Source: an uncultured bacterium (GTDB taxonomy: Bacteria; Omnitrophota; Omnitrophia; Omnitrophales; Aquincolibacteriaceae). From it: a stretch of DNA of 64,000 nt. The notes below the pieces were generated by a model. That model did no database searches. It had not been told where the DNA came from and worked only from the letters and a program-made list of their open reading frames with translations. The stretch spans positions 32,026-96,025 of the forward strand of contig CAZLTL010000007.1 in NCBI GenBank assembly GCA_964562525.1, written 5' to 3'. The stretch's first letter is position 1. Each line of letters starts with the position of its first letter. A program made the position numbers and the translations under genes. Positions 1 through 9,723 of this stretch are shown piece by piece.

Positions 1-33
1 GTGAAGTCTTAGGGCGTGGCATGACCGCGATTT

Positions 34-99
34 TATACATACCCAATTAGTATGTATACAGAAAACATACCTTTATTGTCGTGTTGTGTTTAGGTATGT
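34..99. promoter_or_regulatory. Operator-like array: inverted repeat tatacatac-N7-gtatgtata (34-58), second IR acatacc-N21-ggtatgt (65-99); palindrome tcgtcat-gg-atgacga (113-128) overlaps the XRE start codon
   Basis: Direct reading of the inverted repeats, which share a GTATGTA box just upstream of an HTH regulator gene. Confidence 0.4.
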
Positions 100-117
100 A
101 AAAATAAGCTATTCGTC

Positions 118-345
118 ATGGATGACGAAACACGGCGAATCAAAAAGGTCTTAGCGGCAAACCTCAAGAAATGCCGTGCCAAGCTGGAGCTAACTCAAGA
201 AGAAGCGGCTGAAAAAGCCGATATTGCAGTCAGGTATTGGCAAAGGCTGGAAATGGTTTCTCAAAAGGATTTACCATCGCTTCAAATGCTTAGCCGGATC
301 GCCCACACCTTGGAAACAACCCCCTCCAAATTGATTCAGGACTAA
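118..345 (+). CDS. XRE-family (Cro/C1-type) helix-turn-helix transcriptional regulator
   Basis: 75 aa; HTH_3-like segment LKKCRAKLELTQEEAAEKADIAVRYWQRLE. Confidence 0.8.
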   Translation: MDDETRRIKKVLAANLKKCRAKLELTQEEAAEKADIAVRYWQRLEMVSQKDLPSLQMLSRIAHTLETTPSKLIQD

Positions 346-346
346 C

Positions 347-373
347 CATCCCAGATCCGGGATCTAGGATGGT
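347..373 (+). terminator. Hairpin ccatcccagatcc-g-ggatctaggatgg immediately after the XRE stop; no clear T-run
   Basis: Near-perfect 13 bp inverted repeat seen in the sequence. Confidence 0.3.
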
Positions 374-470
374 TTGCCTAAACCGGTCTTTTCACGATTC
401 GCGTGGAATCGAGGAAAGACCACGTAACGGGAAGCCGTTACTGCAAAGCAGTATCAGGGCTTCTCCTTTT

Positions 471-579
471 CCCAGCCCCCACCCCACCTTTGCCGAAGAA
501 GCTCAAAGAAGAAGTTTGCCGAGGGCGAGTTCCAAGCGAAGCATTGGCTGCTTGAGCCAGCGGCAAACTTCTTTTTGAG
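471..579 (+). repeat. Structured repeat element copy 0: cccagccccc head, perfect 13 bp stem aagaagtttgccg(509-521)/cggcaaacttctt(561-573) around a 39 nt core (gcgagttcc...cttgagccag), then T-run ctttttgag
   Basis: Aligned by eye with the copies at 3301-3422 and 55671-55775; the stems differ between loci but stay complementary. Confidence 0.5.
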
Positions 580-603
580 CTAAGCCACTTCATAAAAAAG
601 AAC

Positions 604-630
604 TAGATTCCCGCCTGCGCGAGAATGACA
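604..630. repeat. REP-like element tagattcccgcctgcgcgagaatgaca
   Basis: Member of the ctggattccc-loop-gggaatgaca family seen at four sites. Confidence 0.45.
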
Positions 631-678
631 AGTGGAATTGAAAGAATGGGCATGAACCAAGCCACAGCGATTGGAGAT

Positions 679-708
679 CTGGATTCCCGATCAAGTCGGG
701 AATGACAA
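679..708. repeat. REP-like hairpin ctggattcccga-tcaag-tcgggaatgacaa directly downstream of the DUF1653 gene; possible terminator
   Basis: Perfect 8 bp stem; same family as 604-630, 55799-55828 and 55948-55972. Confidence 0.5.
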
Positions 709-713
709 AAGAA

Positions 714-944
714 CTAACTTGAACGTAGAAATCTAAAACGCGGAATACTTTTACCGTCAATCAAGACAGTTTCTTGAAACATGGCAAGCGGACGCACCCA
801 AAGTTGACCTTCTTTAAAGTCACCTTTATATAAAGCTTTATAGATCACAACCGGCTCCCGCGCTTCGGTATGAATACCAGTATCGAGGACTTGATAAAGA
901 TTGCCTTTGTAATGCTCGTAAATCCCTTTTTTAATTTCTTCCAT
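714..944 (-). CDS. DUF1653 domain protein
   Basis: 76 aa; HYKGNLYQV...EPVVIYKALY...QLWVRPLAMF pattern typical of DUF1653. Confidence 0.65.
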   Translation of the reverse strand: MEEIKKGIYEHYKGNLYQVLDTGIHTEAREPVVIYKALYKGDFKEGQLWVRPLAMFQETVLIDGKSIPRFRFLRSS

Positions 945-947
945 AAA

Positions 948-1334
948 TTAATTTCTTTTGAATATTTTCAAAGCAATCCAAAATCCCGTTATGCCTAAAA
1001 CAGAAAATATCGCATCATAAACAACTGTCACCCAATCTCCGCTGCGGCCTGCAACAAATGTTTGATGCCACTCATCCGAACATGCAAAAAGAAAAGCAAT
1101 AATCATCGCTGTAATTGACACAAAAAACTTTTTATCAACACCAACCGAATGAGCAAAGCTGCGTGAAAGCAAAAATCCCAAAACGGCATACTCCACAAAA
1201 TGTGCGATCATGTGAATAAAAGGAAAATCAATATCCGGCAATTTATCCTTGGGAATGGATGATAAAAAGAATATCACCATCATCCATAAAACAGCCGGGA
1301 AACGGTAAATCCAAAAAGACTGCATTGTTACCAA
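948..1334 (-). CDS. VanZ-like family membrane protein
   Basis: 128 aa, 4 TM; [29 protein letters not shown] motif. Confidence 0.65.
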   Translation of the reverse strand: MVTMQSFWIYRFPAVLWMMVIFFLSSIPKDKLPDIDFPFIHMIAHFVEYAVLGFLLSRSFAHSVGVDKKFFVSITAMIIAFLFACSDEWHQTFVAGRSGDWVTVVYDAIFSVLGITGFWIALKIFKRN

Positions 1335-2959
1335 TCAATTGGGAAGTAGTCTTTCAGAAACTTCCCGCACCAATGTTTGCCCGTTAAAATTCCATGAAAG
1401 AAAGGGTCACAAACCCGTGCCGCGCCGTCGACAATATCCAGCGGCGGCTGAAAATCGTGTTCTTCTTGCTTGCGCAACGAAAGCGTCACGGGGTCTTCAT
1501 CCGTCACCCAGCCGGTATCCACCGCGTTCATATAAATGCCTTCTTTCGCAAGCCCACCCGCGGCGGTATGCGTCAGCATATTAAGCGCCGCTTTGGCCAT
1601 ATTGGTATGAGGATGACGATCGGCTTTTTTAAAGCGGTGAAACTTGCCCTCCATAGCCGTGACATTCACAATATGTTTGATGCCTGTATTTTCACGCTTC
1701 ATCAGCGGAATCAATTTATTGCAAAGCACAAACGGCGCGATTGCGTTCACTAACTGCAATTCCAGCAATTCGGAAGTTTCAACTTCACCCAAACGCAAGC
1801 GCCAGCTATTGGTTTCGCGTAAATCCACCTGCTGTAAATCCGCGTCCAATTTCCCTGCCGGGAAAACCTTTTCTTCTTCGCGCGTATCATCATAAGCGTA
1901 GGGAATCTGCGATAGTTCCGCGGAAGCCAGCATTCCGATTCCTTGCGTTTTTCCATTCCAAGTAATTTTAAGCGCGACTTCGCCCGCCATATCCGCGCCG
2001 GATAATTTTTTACGGGCATGCACCGAAAGCGCCTGCTTTATTTCATGAAAATCGGCGAGCAATCCTTGTGCTTCTTTGGGAATGCGCTCCCAAGGCATCG
2101 TTTCATTGGACATAAGATGGGCGTAAAACCCGGGAGGACGGCGCACAGTTTGCGCGGCATTGTTGATCAATAAATCCAAACGCCCATATTTCTTTTCAAA
2201 AGCTTGGCAAAATATCTCGACACTGGGGGTATGCCTTAAATCTAAACCATAAATATGTAAGCGGCCTTTCCAGTCAGCAAAATCTTTTTCTTTGGCGTAG
2301 CGAATCGCAGAATCGACGGGAAAGCGTGTGGTTGCAATCACCTTGGCTCCGGCACGCAGCAGCATCAAAGTAGCCTGATAGCCGATTTTAAGGCGGGAAC
2401 CCGTAATGACCGCCACCTGCCCATGCAAAGGCGCGGTTTGAAAGCGTTTTTCATAATTGAACTGCGCACAGGAAGGACACATGGCATCATAAAAAAAGTG
2501 CAGCTTGGTGTATTCCGCTTTGCAAACATAGCAATTTCGGGGAGAACTCAAATCAGGTAATTTTTGCAGAGAAGCATCTGTGATCGCCAATTTCTCCGGC
2601 GCCAAGAAAACAGAAGCTGTTCTTGCGGAACGAATTCCCGTTGCTGCACGGGCAGCACGCTCTTCTTGAGCGATTTTTTTTCGATTTAATTTTTTCACCT
2701 GCCTGCCGCGAGAAAGCTTTTCTTCCTTACTCGGTCTCGAAAATTTTCCGGCAGCCATGCGCAAAGCAATTCTTTTTTCTTCGGGCAATGCCGCCATCTG
2801 ATCAGGATTTTCCAGAAGGTTCTTTAAAACCTCAATACAATTGTCTGCATCTTCGGGCAAAACCGGCTTTTTAAGGTCTGAATTCATGCGCGGATTATAG
2901 CAAAACCGGCATATAAACGATCCAAAGACATCACGTGCGGATATAGCAAAAACTAGCAC
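1328..2959 (-). CDS. SDR-type Rossmann oxidoreductase with a long N-terminal basic/Zn-ribbon-like extension (CYVC...CPSC); atypical active site. Start uncertain; an alternative ATG at 2887 is preceded by TATAAT
   Basis: [16 protein letters not shown] (TGxxxGxG-like) and LLINNAAQ motifs; the YxxxK region is divergent (HTNMAKAAL). Confidence 0.6.
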   Translation of the reverse strand: MLVFAISARDVFGSFICRFCYNPRMNSDLKKPVLPEDADNCIEVLKNLLENPDQMAALPEEKRIALRMAAGKFSRPSKEEKLSRGRQVKKLNRKKIAQEERAARAATGIRSARTASVFLAPEKLAITDASLQKLPDLSSPRNCYVCKAEYTKLHFFYDAMCPSCAQFNYEKRFQTAPLHGQVAVITGSRLKIGYQATLMLLRAGAKVIATTRFPVDSAIRYAKEKDFADWKGRLHIYGLDLRHTPSVEIFCQAFEKKYGRLDLLINNAAQTVRRPPGFYAHLMSNETMPWERIPKEAQGLLADFHEIKQALSVHARKKLSGADMAGEVALKITWNGKTQGIGMLASAELSQIPYAYDDTREEEKVFPAGKLDADLQQVDLRETNSWRLRLGEVETSELLELQLVNAIAPFVLCNKLIPLMKRENTGIKHIVNVTAMEGKFHRFKKADRHPHTNMAKAALNMLTHTAAGGLAKEGIYMNAVDTGWVTDEDPVTLSLRKQEEHDFQPPLDIVDGAARVCDPFFHGILTGKHWCGKFLKDYFPIDW

Positions 2960-3231
2960 TCCCTTGAATTTTTTTAATCTCGTGAGTAAGTTTCTGTTTA
3001 AGCGTTAGCCGAGACAGACGATGCACCGAGGTGCGCAAATCGCGATATCGCCAGACGCTTAAAAAAATAACCGGACAACCCATCAGAAAGGAATGAAGGA
3101 CTGATTTTCCAATGAAGAAACACGGAGAATTTTATGTGTCTCATTTCAAAAAATCTAACGGTGTTGAAGGTCGTTGTAGAGCTTAATCGTGCCCGTCTCC
3201 CTCCGATTCGGGTATAAATAGGAATCATTTC

Positions 3232-3266
3232 GAGCCGGCTGCGGTAGCAGCCGGCTCTTTTTATTT
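3232..3266 (+). terminator. Rho-independent terminator-like hairpin gagccggctgc-ggta-gcagccggctc followed by ttttt, with no annotated + strand gene upstream
   Basis: Perfect 11 bp stem plus T-run; possible small ORF at 3112-3186 (24 aa) upstream. Confidence 0.45.
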
Positions 3267-3300
3267 ATCGACCGTGAAACGCGAATGCGTTTCTCTGCTT

Positions 3301-3422
3301 CCAGCCCCCCTCTCCAGCGCTAACTTCCCTTCTCAAGAAGACAGCCGCAAAGCTGCGAGTTCTGCGCCGTCTAGGACGCAGCTGTCTGAGCAGACTGCGG
3401 CGGGCTTTTGAGAAATTCATTC
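3301..3422 (+). repeat. Structured repeat element copy 1: ccagcccccc head, stem gccgca(3344-3349)/tgcggc(3406-3411) around the conserved core aagctgcgagttctgcgccgtctaggacgcagctgtctgagcagac, then gcttttgag
   Basis: The 45 nt core is nearly identical to 55718-55762. Confidence 0.55.
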
Positions 3423-3453
3423 TAATTTTTCGCACACACTCTATAATCACTTC

Positions 3454-3972
3454 ATGATTGAAAAATTTTCGTTCGAAGTTTGCGCCCCCAAAATTCCGCC
3501 GCAAACCAAACTTATTCTGGTCAAAGATGTTTGCGAGCACCGCGAACACATTGTGATGAAGCTACTTTCATATCTTTTGTTTTATACCCCTGAATTAAAA
3601 GTCGAAATCAGCGCGGACATGCACTATAAGCCCGACTTGATGATTCCAGGCGATCACGGCGTTCCCAAACTGTGGATTGACTGCGGGCAGGTGGCGATTA
3701 AGAAAATTGACGCCCTTGCCACTAAATTAAAAAATTCCCGAGTTATTTTTGTCAAAGAAGCTAAGCGCGAACTGGATGTTTTTAAGAAAATGGTGGAAAA
3801 GAAAATTGATAAATCGGAAAGACTTGAATATTTATCGTTTGATCCGGGCTTTGTTACTTCACTCGGTAATGCGCTGAAACGCACCAATCATATTACGCTG
3901 TATGAAGTGATGGAAAATGTGATTGGAGTCGCGCTGAACGACGAGATATTCGAAAGCACTCTGCACAGGTAA
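3454..3972 (+). CDS. yaeQ: YaeQ family protein
   Basis: 172 aa; KPDLMIPGDHGVPKLWIDCGQ...SRVIFV resembles the YaeQ signature. Confidence 0.5.
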   Translation: MIEKFSFEVCAPKIPPQTKLILVKDVCEHREHIVMKLLSYLLFYTPELKVEISADMHYKPDLMIPGDHGVPKLWIDCGQVAIKKIDALATKLKNSRVIFVKEAKRELDVFKKMVEKKIDKSERLEYLSFDPGFVTSLGNALKRTNHITLYEVMENVIGVALNDEIFESTLHR

Positions 3973-4077
3973 AATCGCTGAAAACGCTTCCCCTCGTGCG
4001 GCGTATTTTCACACATACGCCTCCTCGGGCACTCGTTCGCGCCTTGGATTGAAAACATTTTGATCGATTTTATTTAC

Positions 4078-4803
4078 TTAGGAACCGAGGTAGGCCTGCT
4101 TGATTTGGGGATTGGAGAGTAAATCTTTACCAATGCCCTCCATTTGAATTTGGCCTGATTCAATGACATACGCATAATCAGCAAGTTCCAAGGCCTTCCA
4201 CGCATTCTGTTCTACTAAAAGAATCGTCAGACCTTTTTCTTTGATTTTAACGATCAAATTAAAAATAATCTCGATCAGCTTCGGAGCCAATCCTAAGCTG
4301 GGCTCATCCAACAATAACAGTCTGGGCTTTGCCATCAAGGCGCGCGCCATAGCGAGCATTTGCTGTTCTCCGCCGCTTAAGTTGCCTGCCTGCCCTTTCA
4401 GTCTTTTTGCAAGAATGGGAAAAAGAGTAAGCATCTCTTCTTTGTCGTGTTTAACTTCACGGGCGCCGTCTTTGCGGGTATAAGCCCCCAAATCCAAATT
4501 TTCTTCCACGGTAAGATGCGGAAAAATACGGCGACCTTCGGGGACTTGTACCACGCCCTGCTTTACGACATCGCAAGGAGCCAGCTTAGAAATATCCGTG
4601 CCTTGAAAATGAATCGCTCCCTGATGCGCCCGCACTAAGCCTGAAAGCGTCATCAAAAAAGTAGTCTTCCCGGCGCCGTTGGAGCCGATCAAAGACACAA
4701 TCTTTCCTTCCGGAATTTTGACATTCACGCCCTTCAAAATCTCAATCGGACCATATCCCGCGTATAAATCTTGTGTCTCAAGCAAATAGGACATTTTACT
4801 CAC
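4078..4803 (-). CDS. livF: Branched-chain amino acid ABC transporter ATP-binding protein LivF
   Basis: Walker A GSNGAGKTT, LSGGEQQ signature; the C-terminal one of two adjacent ATP-binding genes. Confidence 0.85.
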   Translation of the reverse strand: MSKMSYLLETQDLYAGYGPIEILKGVNVKIPEGKIVSLIGSNGAGKTTFLMTLSGLVRAHQGAIHFQGTDISKLAPCDVVKQGVVQVPEGRRIFPHLTVEENLDLGAYTRKDGAREVKHDKEEMLTLFPILAKRLKGQAGNLSGGEQQMLAMARALMAKPRLLLLDEPSLGLAPKLIEIIFNLIVKIKEKGLTILLVEQNAWKALELADYAYVIESGQIQMEGIGKDLLSNPQIKQAYLGS

Positions 4804-5593
4804 AGGGCTTCCCTAAATAGGCCTCAATAACTGTTTTGTTACATTGAATTTCTTTGGGTTTGCCTTCCGCGATTTTTTTTCCGTAATCCAAAACGACAAT
4901 GTGATCGGAGATGGGCATCACGACTTTCATATCATGCTCAATCAAAACCAAAGTCACGCCGCGGTCGCGAATTGCAGTGAGATATCCCAGCAGCTCTTCT
5001 TTTTCTTTGGGATTCATGCCTGCGGCAGGCTCATCCAAAAGCAAAAGCTTAGGGTCGCTGGCTAACGCCCGAGCAATTTCAAGTTTGCGCTGATGCCCGT
5101 AAGCGAGATTACGCGCAAGCTCATTCGCCTTGCCGTCCAAGCAAAAAAAATCGAGCAAACGATGCGCGCGCTGCTCCATGCGCTTTTCTTCCACGCGCGT
5201 CCAGCGCGGCTGAATCAAACACCCAAACATACCGGATCGAAGCTTCGAATGCTCACCCACCATGACATTTTCAAGCGCGGTCATATTTTTAAACAAACGA
5301 ATGGTTTGGAAAGTGCGGGAAATATCGCAGGCGGCAATTTCATAAGGCTGCATGCGGTTTAAATTAATTTGCGAATCGCCGAAAAACATTGAACCTGAAT
5401 CAGGACGATAAAGCCCGGTGATGCAATTAAAAAGCGTCGTCTTGCCTGCACCATTCGGACCGATCACACTAACGATTTGTCCCTGCCGCACCGAAAAAGA
5501 AAGCTCATTCAGCGCGGTAACCCCGCCGAAGCGCTGCGTCACTTTTTCAATGTTCAAAATATTAAATTCAGACAGCGCCTGCGTGTTTTTCAT
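4796..5593 (-). CDS. livG: Branched-chain amino acid ABC transporter ATP-binding protein LivG
   Basis: GPNGAGKTT, LLLDEPAAG; LivG-type insertion. Confidence 0.85.
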   Translation of the reverse strand: MKNTQALSEFNILNIEKVTQRFGGVTALNELSFSVRQGQIVSVIGPNGAGKTTLFNCITGLYRPDSGSMFFGDSQINLNRMQPYEIAACDISRTFQTIRLFKNMTALENVMVGEHSKLRSGMFGCLIQPRWTRVEEKRMEQRAHRLLDFFCLDGKANELARNLAYGHQRKLEIARALASDPKLLLLDEPAAGMNPKEKEELLGYLTAIRDRGVTLVLIEHDMKVVMPISDHIVVLDYGKKIAEGKPKEIQCNKTVIEAYLGKPCE

Positions 5594-6546
5594 TTGAGAG
5601 GGGCCTCGCAGTTGGGCTTCAGCCCAGAGCCTTTAAAACACAGCAGCCCCTGAGGACGAAAAAGCATCATCACAATCATCGCGATGCCAAAGATCAGCAT
5701 GCGATAAGAAGAAAAGTCGCGCAAACATTCAGGCAAAATGGTTAAAACTAAAGCGCCTAAAACTGCGCCGTAAAGGCTGCCAATTCCCCCGAGAACCACC
5801 ATCGCTAAAACCATCACCGAAACCGTAAAGTCAAAACTATCCGGCGAAATCGTGCCCTGCTTAGCCGCAAAAATGCAGCCCGCGATGCCCGCAATAAATC
5901 CGCCGATGCCGAAAGCCGTCAACTTGGTCCAAGCTAAGTTAATTCCCATCGCCGACGCCGCGAGCTCATCTTCACGCAATGCGCGCCACGCGCGTCCAAG
6001 ACGAGACGTTTCAAGCCGGCGCAAAAAGAAAAAAACGATCAAAATAAAAACGAGAATTAAAAAATAGTAAGGCTGGGAGTGAACGCTAAAATCATAATTG
6101 ATAATCGGCAAACGCGGATGATCGATGCCAAGCAAACCATTCGGACCGCCGGTAACCTGATCCAGATTATTCAAAACAATGCGCGTGATCTCCCCCGCCC
6201 CCAAAGTCACGATTGCGAGATAATCACCCGACAAACGAAGAGCCGGAAACGCGAGAAGCATTCCGAAAACCGCCGTCGCGATCGCGCTCACCGCAATCCC
6301 GCCCCAAAAAGGAACGTGAAAATGAATATTCACAATCGCATAGGTGTAAGCTCCGAAAGCAAAGAACGCGGCATACCCTAAATTCAAAATCCCTGCATAC
6401 CCCACAATCACCTGTAACCCCAAAGCCAATAAAATAAAAAGCCCTGCCGTCACAAGCACATCGATGTGATAAGCGTTTTTATGAACGAAAGGCAAAATAA
6501 ATGCTGCCGCAACAACCAGCCATGGAAGAAACTTCTGCAGTTTCAT
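5590..6546 (-). CDS. livM: Branched-chain amino acid ABC transporter permease LivM
   Basis: 318 aa polytopic membrane protein in the liv operon. Confidence 0.8.
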   Translation of the reverse strand: MKLQKFLPWLVVAAAFILPFVHKNAYHIDVLVTAGLFILLALGLQVIVGYAGILNLGYAAFFAFGAYTYAIVNIHFHVPFWGGIAVSAIATAVFGMLLAFPALRLSGDYLAIVTLGAGEITRIVLNNLDQVTGGPNGLLGIDHPRLPIINYDFSVHSQPYYFLILVFILIVFFFLRRLETSRLGRAWRALREDELAASAMGINLAWTKLTAFGIGGFIAGIAGCIFAAKQGTISPDSFDFTVSVMVLAMVVLGGIGSLYGAVLGALVLTILPECLRDFSSYRMLIFGIAMIVMMLFRPQGLLCFKGSGLKPNCEAPLK

Positions 6547-7452
6547 TTAGACCTTCTTAACGATGCGCGCGCCGAAAAGACCGGTAGGCCTGAACAAAAG
6601 AATCAAAATCAAAATCAAGAACGCAAAAACATTTTTCCATTGTGAAGAAATATAGCCCGCAGCCAAGCCTTCCAAAACACCGAGCAAAACGCCGCCGATC
6701 ATGGCGCCCGGAATATTGCCGATACCGCCCAAAACCGCGGCGGTAAACGCTTTCATTCCCGCTAAATAACCATCATGAAAATTAATCGTGTTGTAATAAG
6801 CCCCAAACATGAGTCCTCCCGCGCCCGCCAGCGCCGACCCAATGATAAAGGCAACCCCAATCACAAAGTTCACGTCAATCCCCATCAAACTCGCGGCTTG
6901 CCGATCATCAGCCAAAGCGCGCATGGCTTTCCCAATTTTTGTGTGTTTCACAAAAAAATGCAGCCCCGCCATTAATCCAATTGAAACTAACGCAATCAGG
7001 ATTTGTAGATTGGTGACGGTAATGTTTGAGAATGTGTATTTTTGAATGTTGAGAATCGAGGGAAAACTTTTATCCGTAGGGCCCGCAATGAGCATTACGG
7101 CATTTTGCAAAAGAAAAGAAATCCCGATTGCGGCAATCAGCGGGGCCAAACGTGAAGCGTTACGCAAAGGCCGATAAGCCACTCGCTCAATCAAATACCC
7201 TAACGCCGCTGTCGCGATCATAGTTGCCAAAAAAGTCGGAACAATAACCCATGAAGCCAGCGCGGTTTGATTCAATACCGTGTAAAACAACAATCCAAGA
7301 TAAGCGCCCACCATAAAGACTTCGCCGTGGGCAAAATTAATCAGCTGAGCAATGCCATAAACCATGGTATAGCCGAGGGCGATCAGCGCGTAAATCATGC
7401 CGATCGTGAGACCGTTCACAAGCTGCTGAAAAAAAACATCCGTAACGCTCAT
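6547..7452 (-). CDS. livH: Branched-chain amino acid ABC transporter permease LivH
   Basis: 301 aa; operon position and membrane topology. Confidence 0.8.
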   Translation of the reverse strand: MSVTDVFFQQLVNGLTIGMIYALIALGYTMVYGIAQLINFAHGEVFMVGAYLGLLFYTVLNQTALASWVIVPTFLATMIATAALGYLIERVAYRPLRNASRLAPLIAAIGISFLLQNAVMLIAGPTDKSFPSILNIQKYTFSNITVTNLQILIALVSIGLMAGLHFFVKHTKIGKAMRALADDRQAASLMGIDVNFVIGVAFIIGSALAGAGGLMFGAYYNTINFHDGYLAGMKAFTAAVLGGIGNIPGAMIGGVLLGVLEGLAAGYISSQWKNVFAFLILILILLFRPTGLFGARIVKKV

Positions 7453-7491
7453 AGCGCCTTGTTCCCAAAAACATTCATCGAACGATTGCTT

Positions 7492-8658
7492 TTATTCAGC
7501 GGGGCCAATGTAAACAAGCTTTCCATTCTGAAATTGGAAAATACCGATAAACTGATTTTGATTATCTCCCTTGGAATCAAAAACAATTTCACCCGTAACC
7601 CCCTGAAACTTGGGGATTTCGCGAATCGATTTCAAAACACCGGCACGGTCTTTGGAAGCAGCTTTTTGAATCGATTGAATCAAGACATTAGCTGAATCAT
7701 AACCATAAGCTGACCATTGCCCTAAAACGCCATACTTGCCTTCATAATCGCGGATGAACGAAGCCGCCGCGGGAACCTGATGCATATCGCCGCCCACCAT
7801 CGTCGCATAAGCTCCTTCGGCAATTTCTTTCGTCGCTAAATCGGAAAAAGTCAAAGTCGCAATCCCGTCGCCGCCCATAATCGGAGCTTTGATATCAAGC
7901 GCGCGCATTTGCCTTAAAAGCAATGCTCCTTCCGGATAAATTCCGCCGAAATAAATCAGATCCGGCGCAAGCGGCTTTACTTTTGTCAAAAGCGGCGTGA
8001 AATCTTTATCGCCTTGTGTGATGCCTTCATGACCTAAAATTTCAGCACCCAGCTCACGGGCTTTCTTTTCAAATTCATCAGCCAAGCCTTTACCATACGT
8101 CGTTTTGTCATCAATCACGAAAATCTTTTTTGCGCCCAGCTTATTGATGGCAAAGACAGCGCCCTTCGGCCCCTGAACATCATCTGTTGCCGCTGTACGA
8201 AAAAAAGTCGCAAAACCCTGTTTGGAAAGCTCAGGATTGGTGGAAGCCGGCGTAATTTGAACTATTCCGGCTGCGTTATAAACCGCTGAGGAAGGCTTGG
8301 TGCAGCTTGAATTAAAATGCCCCACCACCGCCAAAACAGCAGGGTCTGAAACAAATTTTTTGGCAACATTCACGGCTTGAGCCGGATTATGCTGATCATC
8401 CTGCCGGCTGATTTCAAACTGGAGGGGCGTAACACCCGAAACAGCCGCTTGTTGCGCAAAATCATTGGCCTGCAAAATGGCAAGCTCAACCCCATTACAC
8501 ATATCAATACCAATCGTCGCCTGATCCCCGGTCAAGGGCGCGGCACAACCGATTTTAATTTTTGAAGCCGTATCAGAGGAAGATCCGCAAGCGGAAAGAA
8601 TGAAAGCTAAAACACACAAAAGACTATTAAATTTTCGAATCACAGCAAATCTCCTCAC
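7492..8658 (-). CDS. livK: Branched-chain amino acid ABC transporter substrate-binding lipoprotein (LivK/LivJ)
   Basis: Lipobox LSACGS; periplasmic binding fold; first gene of the liv operon. Confidence 0.8.
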   Translation of the reverse strand: MRRFAVIRKFNSLLCVLAFILSACGSSSDTASKIKIGCAAPLTGDQATIGIDMCNGVELAILQANDFAQQAAVSGVTPLQFEISRQDDQHNPAQAVNVAKKFVSDPAVLAVVGHFNSSCTKPSSAVYNAAGIVQITPASTNPELSKQGFATFFRTAATDDVQGPKGAVFAINKLGAKKIFVIDDKTTYGKGLADEFEKKARELGAEILGHEGITQGDKDFTPLLTKVKPLAPDLIYFGGIYPEGALLLRQMRALDIKAPIMGGDGIATLTFSDLATKEIAEGAYATMVGGDMHQVPAAASFIRDYEGKYGVLGQWSAYGYDSANVLIQSIQKAASKDRAGVLKSIREIPKFQGVTGEIVFDSKGDNQNQFIGIFQFQNGKLVYIGPAE

Positions 8659-8714
8659 CTCAAAAGGTGGTCGTTAGAAAGAAGGGTCGAGGATTATAGC
8701 TAGGACGCGAGTCT

Positions 8715-8747
8715 TTAGTCTATAGTCGCTTGCCATGAGCAAAGTCG
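8715..8747 (-). repeat. Inverted copy of the repeat ccccttcgactt(c/t)gctca(g/t)ggcaagcgacta, also at 52513-52545, next to a gactaaagac motif
   Basis: 31/33 identical on reverse complement; lies in the livK-can intergenic region. Confidence 0.5.
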
Positions 8748-8775
8748 AAGGGGCGGTCTATTGTCTTCGGTCGCT

Positions 8776-9321
8776 TCAGATTTGATCGTCCAGAATGAGA
8801 AACAGCTCATTATTATGGACATTGTAAAGCATCGGCGCGACAGGCATTTTGGGATAAAGGTCGCGCAAACGACGGGATTCTTTAACCAAAAAAGAGGTTT
8901 CTTCACCGATTTCAAACTGATCACGGTGCTTCACAAAATGTTCGTCGGCATGTTGGCGCGTCCAACCCGCGCGATCCATGAGCCCCTGAATAAAAATCTC
9001 TTTGCGGGATTCTAAATTGCGCATACCACAATCATTGTGACCGATCAAAGCAATCGCTTTCGCGCCACCCACTCCGATAGCATACGAAACCTTAAAATTT
9101 GCGTATTGAAGGTTGGCGCCACCCGAACGGATAATAAAAGCAAAATTATCAGGAATTTTGAGGTGCTTTCGGCTGTCCATGCACATCCCGATCAATAACT
9201 GGGCTTGGGTATATTTGTCATACTCACGTCCCAAATTGTGATACTCAAGCAAAAGCCCAATGGGCGTATCCCGATAAAGCTCGGGAATATCTGCCTGCTT
9301 TTCTACTGACTTTAATAGCAT
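8776..9321 (-). CDS. can: Beta-class carbonic anhydrase
   Basis: CMDSR and HNDCGM zinc-ligand motifs plus FIIRSGGAN; the start was placed at the second ATG, which has the GAAGGGGG RBS. Confidence 0.8.
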   Translation of the reverse strand: MLLKSVEKQADIPELYRDTPIGLLLEYHNLGREYDKYTQAQLLIGMCMDSRKHLKIPDNFAFIIRSGGANLQYANFKVSYAIGVGGAKAIALIGHNDCGMRNLESRKEIFIQGLMDRAGWTRQHADEHFVKHRDQFEIGEETSFLVKESRRLRDLYPKMPVAPMLYNVHNNELFLILDDQI

Positions 9322-9414
9322 AGAACCCCCTTCAGAACCCAAAAGCGGGCGTATTATAGGTCTAAAAGGTTAAAAATGGGAGGGCTATTCTCAGCTTAAA
9401 AAGAGCTTTTAAGA

Positions 9415-9717
9415 CTAAAATTTATCGTTTCTTAAAGTCGCAACATCCGCAGTGAAAACAATCATCGCATAATTGTCATAAAAGTTTTTCTGCAAAAAAG
9501 CACATATCTGCTCTGCGCGAACCTCATCACAAACAATTTCAATTCGAATATTCGAAGATTGATCCCAGCTTGCACTGCGAACCCCGCGCGCACCTTCTCC
9601 ACGGGCATCCGTCACGGTAAATCCTTTCATGCCTACCTTCTTAAGCTGTTCAAGCAAATCATCTTCAAGAATTTTTTCAGTCACGATCGTAACCAGTTTT
9701 TTGGGCCAAGTTTTCAT
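9415..9717 (-). CDS. sbtB: PII-like signalling protein SbtB
   Basis: KLVTIVTEKIL...MKGFTV...RGVRSAS...FYDNYAMIVF closely parallels cyanobacterial SbtB; lies 6 nt downstream of sbtA. Confidence 0.8.
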   Translation of the reverse strand: MKTWPKKLVTIVTEKILEDDLLEQLKKVGMKGFTVTDARGEGARGVRSASWDQSSNIRIEIVCDEVRAEQICAFLQKNFYDNYAMIVFTADVATLRNDKF

Positions 9718-9723
9718 TTGCCA

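Noticed and set aside
369-578. 69 aa ORF after the XRE gene
   Set aside because: It overlaps the hairpin at 347-373 and the structured repeat element copy 0. Its composition is Pro/Ser/Arg-rich and non-protein-like.
3265-3549. 94 aa minus-strand ORF
   Set aside because: It covers structured repeat copy 1 and overlaps the yaeQ start. It is Arg-rich low-complexity sequence.
8715-8924. 69 aa minus-strand ORF
   Set aside because: It overlaps the repeat at 8715-8747 and the 3' end of the carbonic anhydrase gene, with no support.
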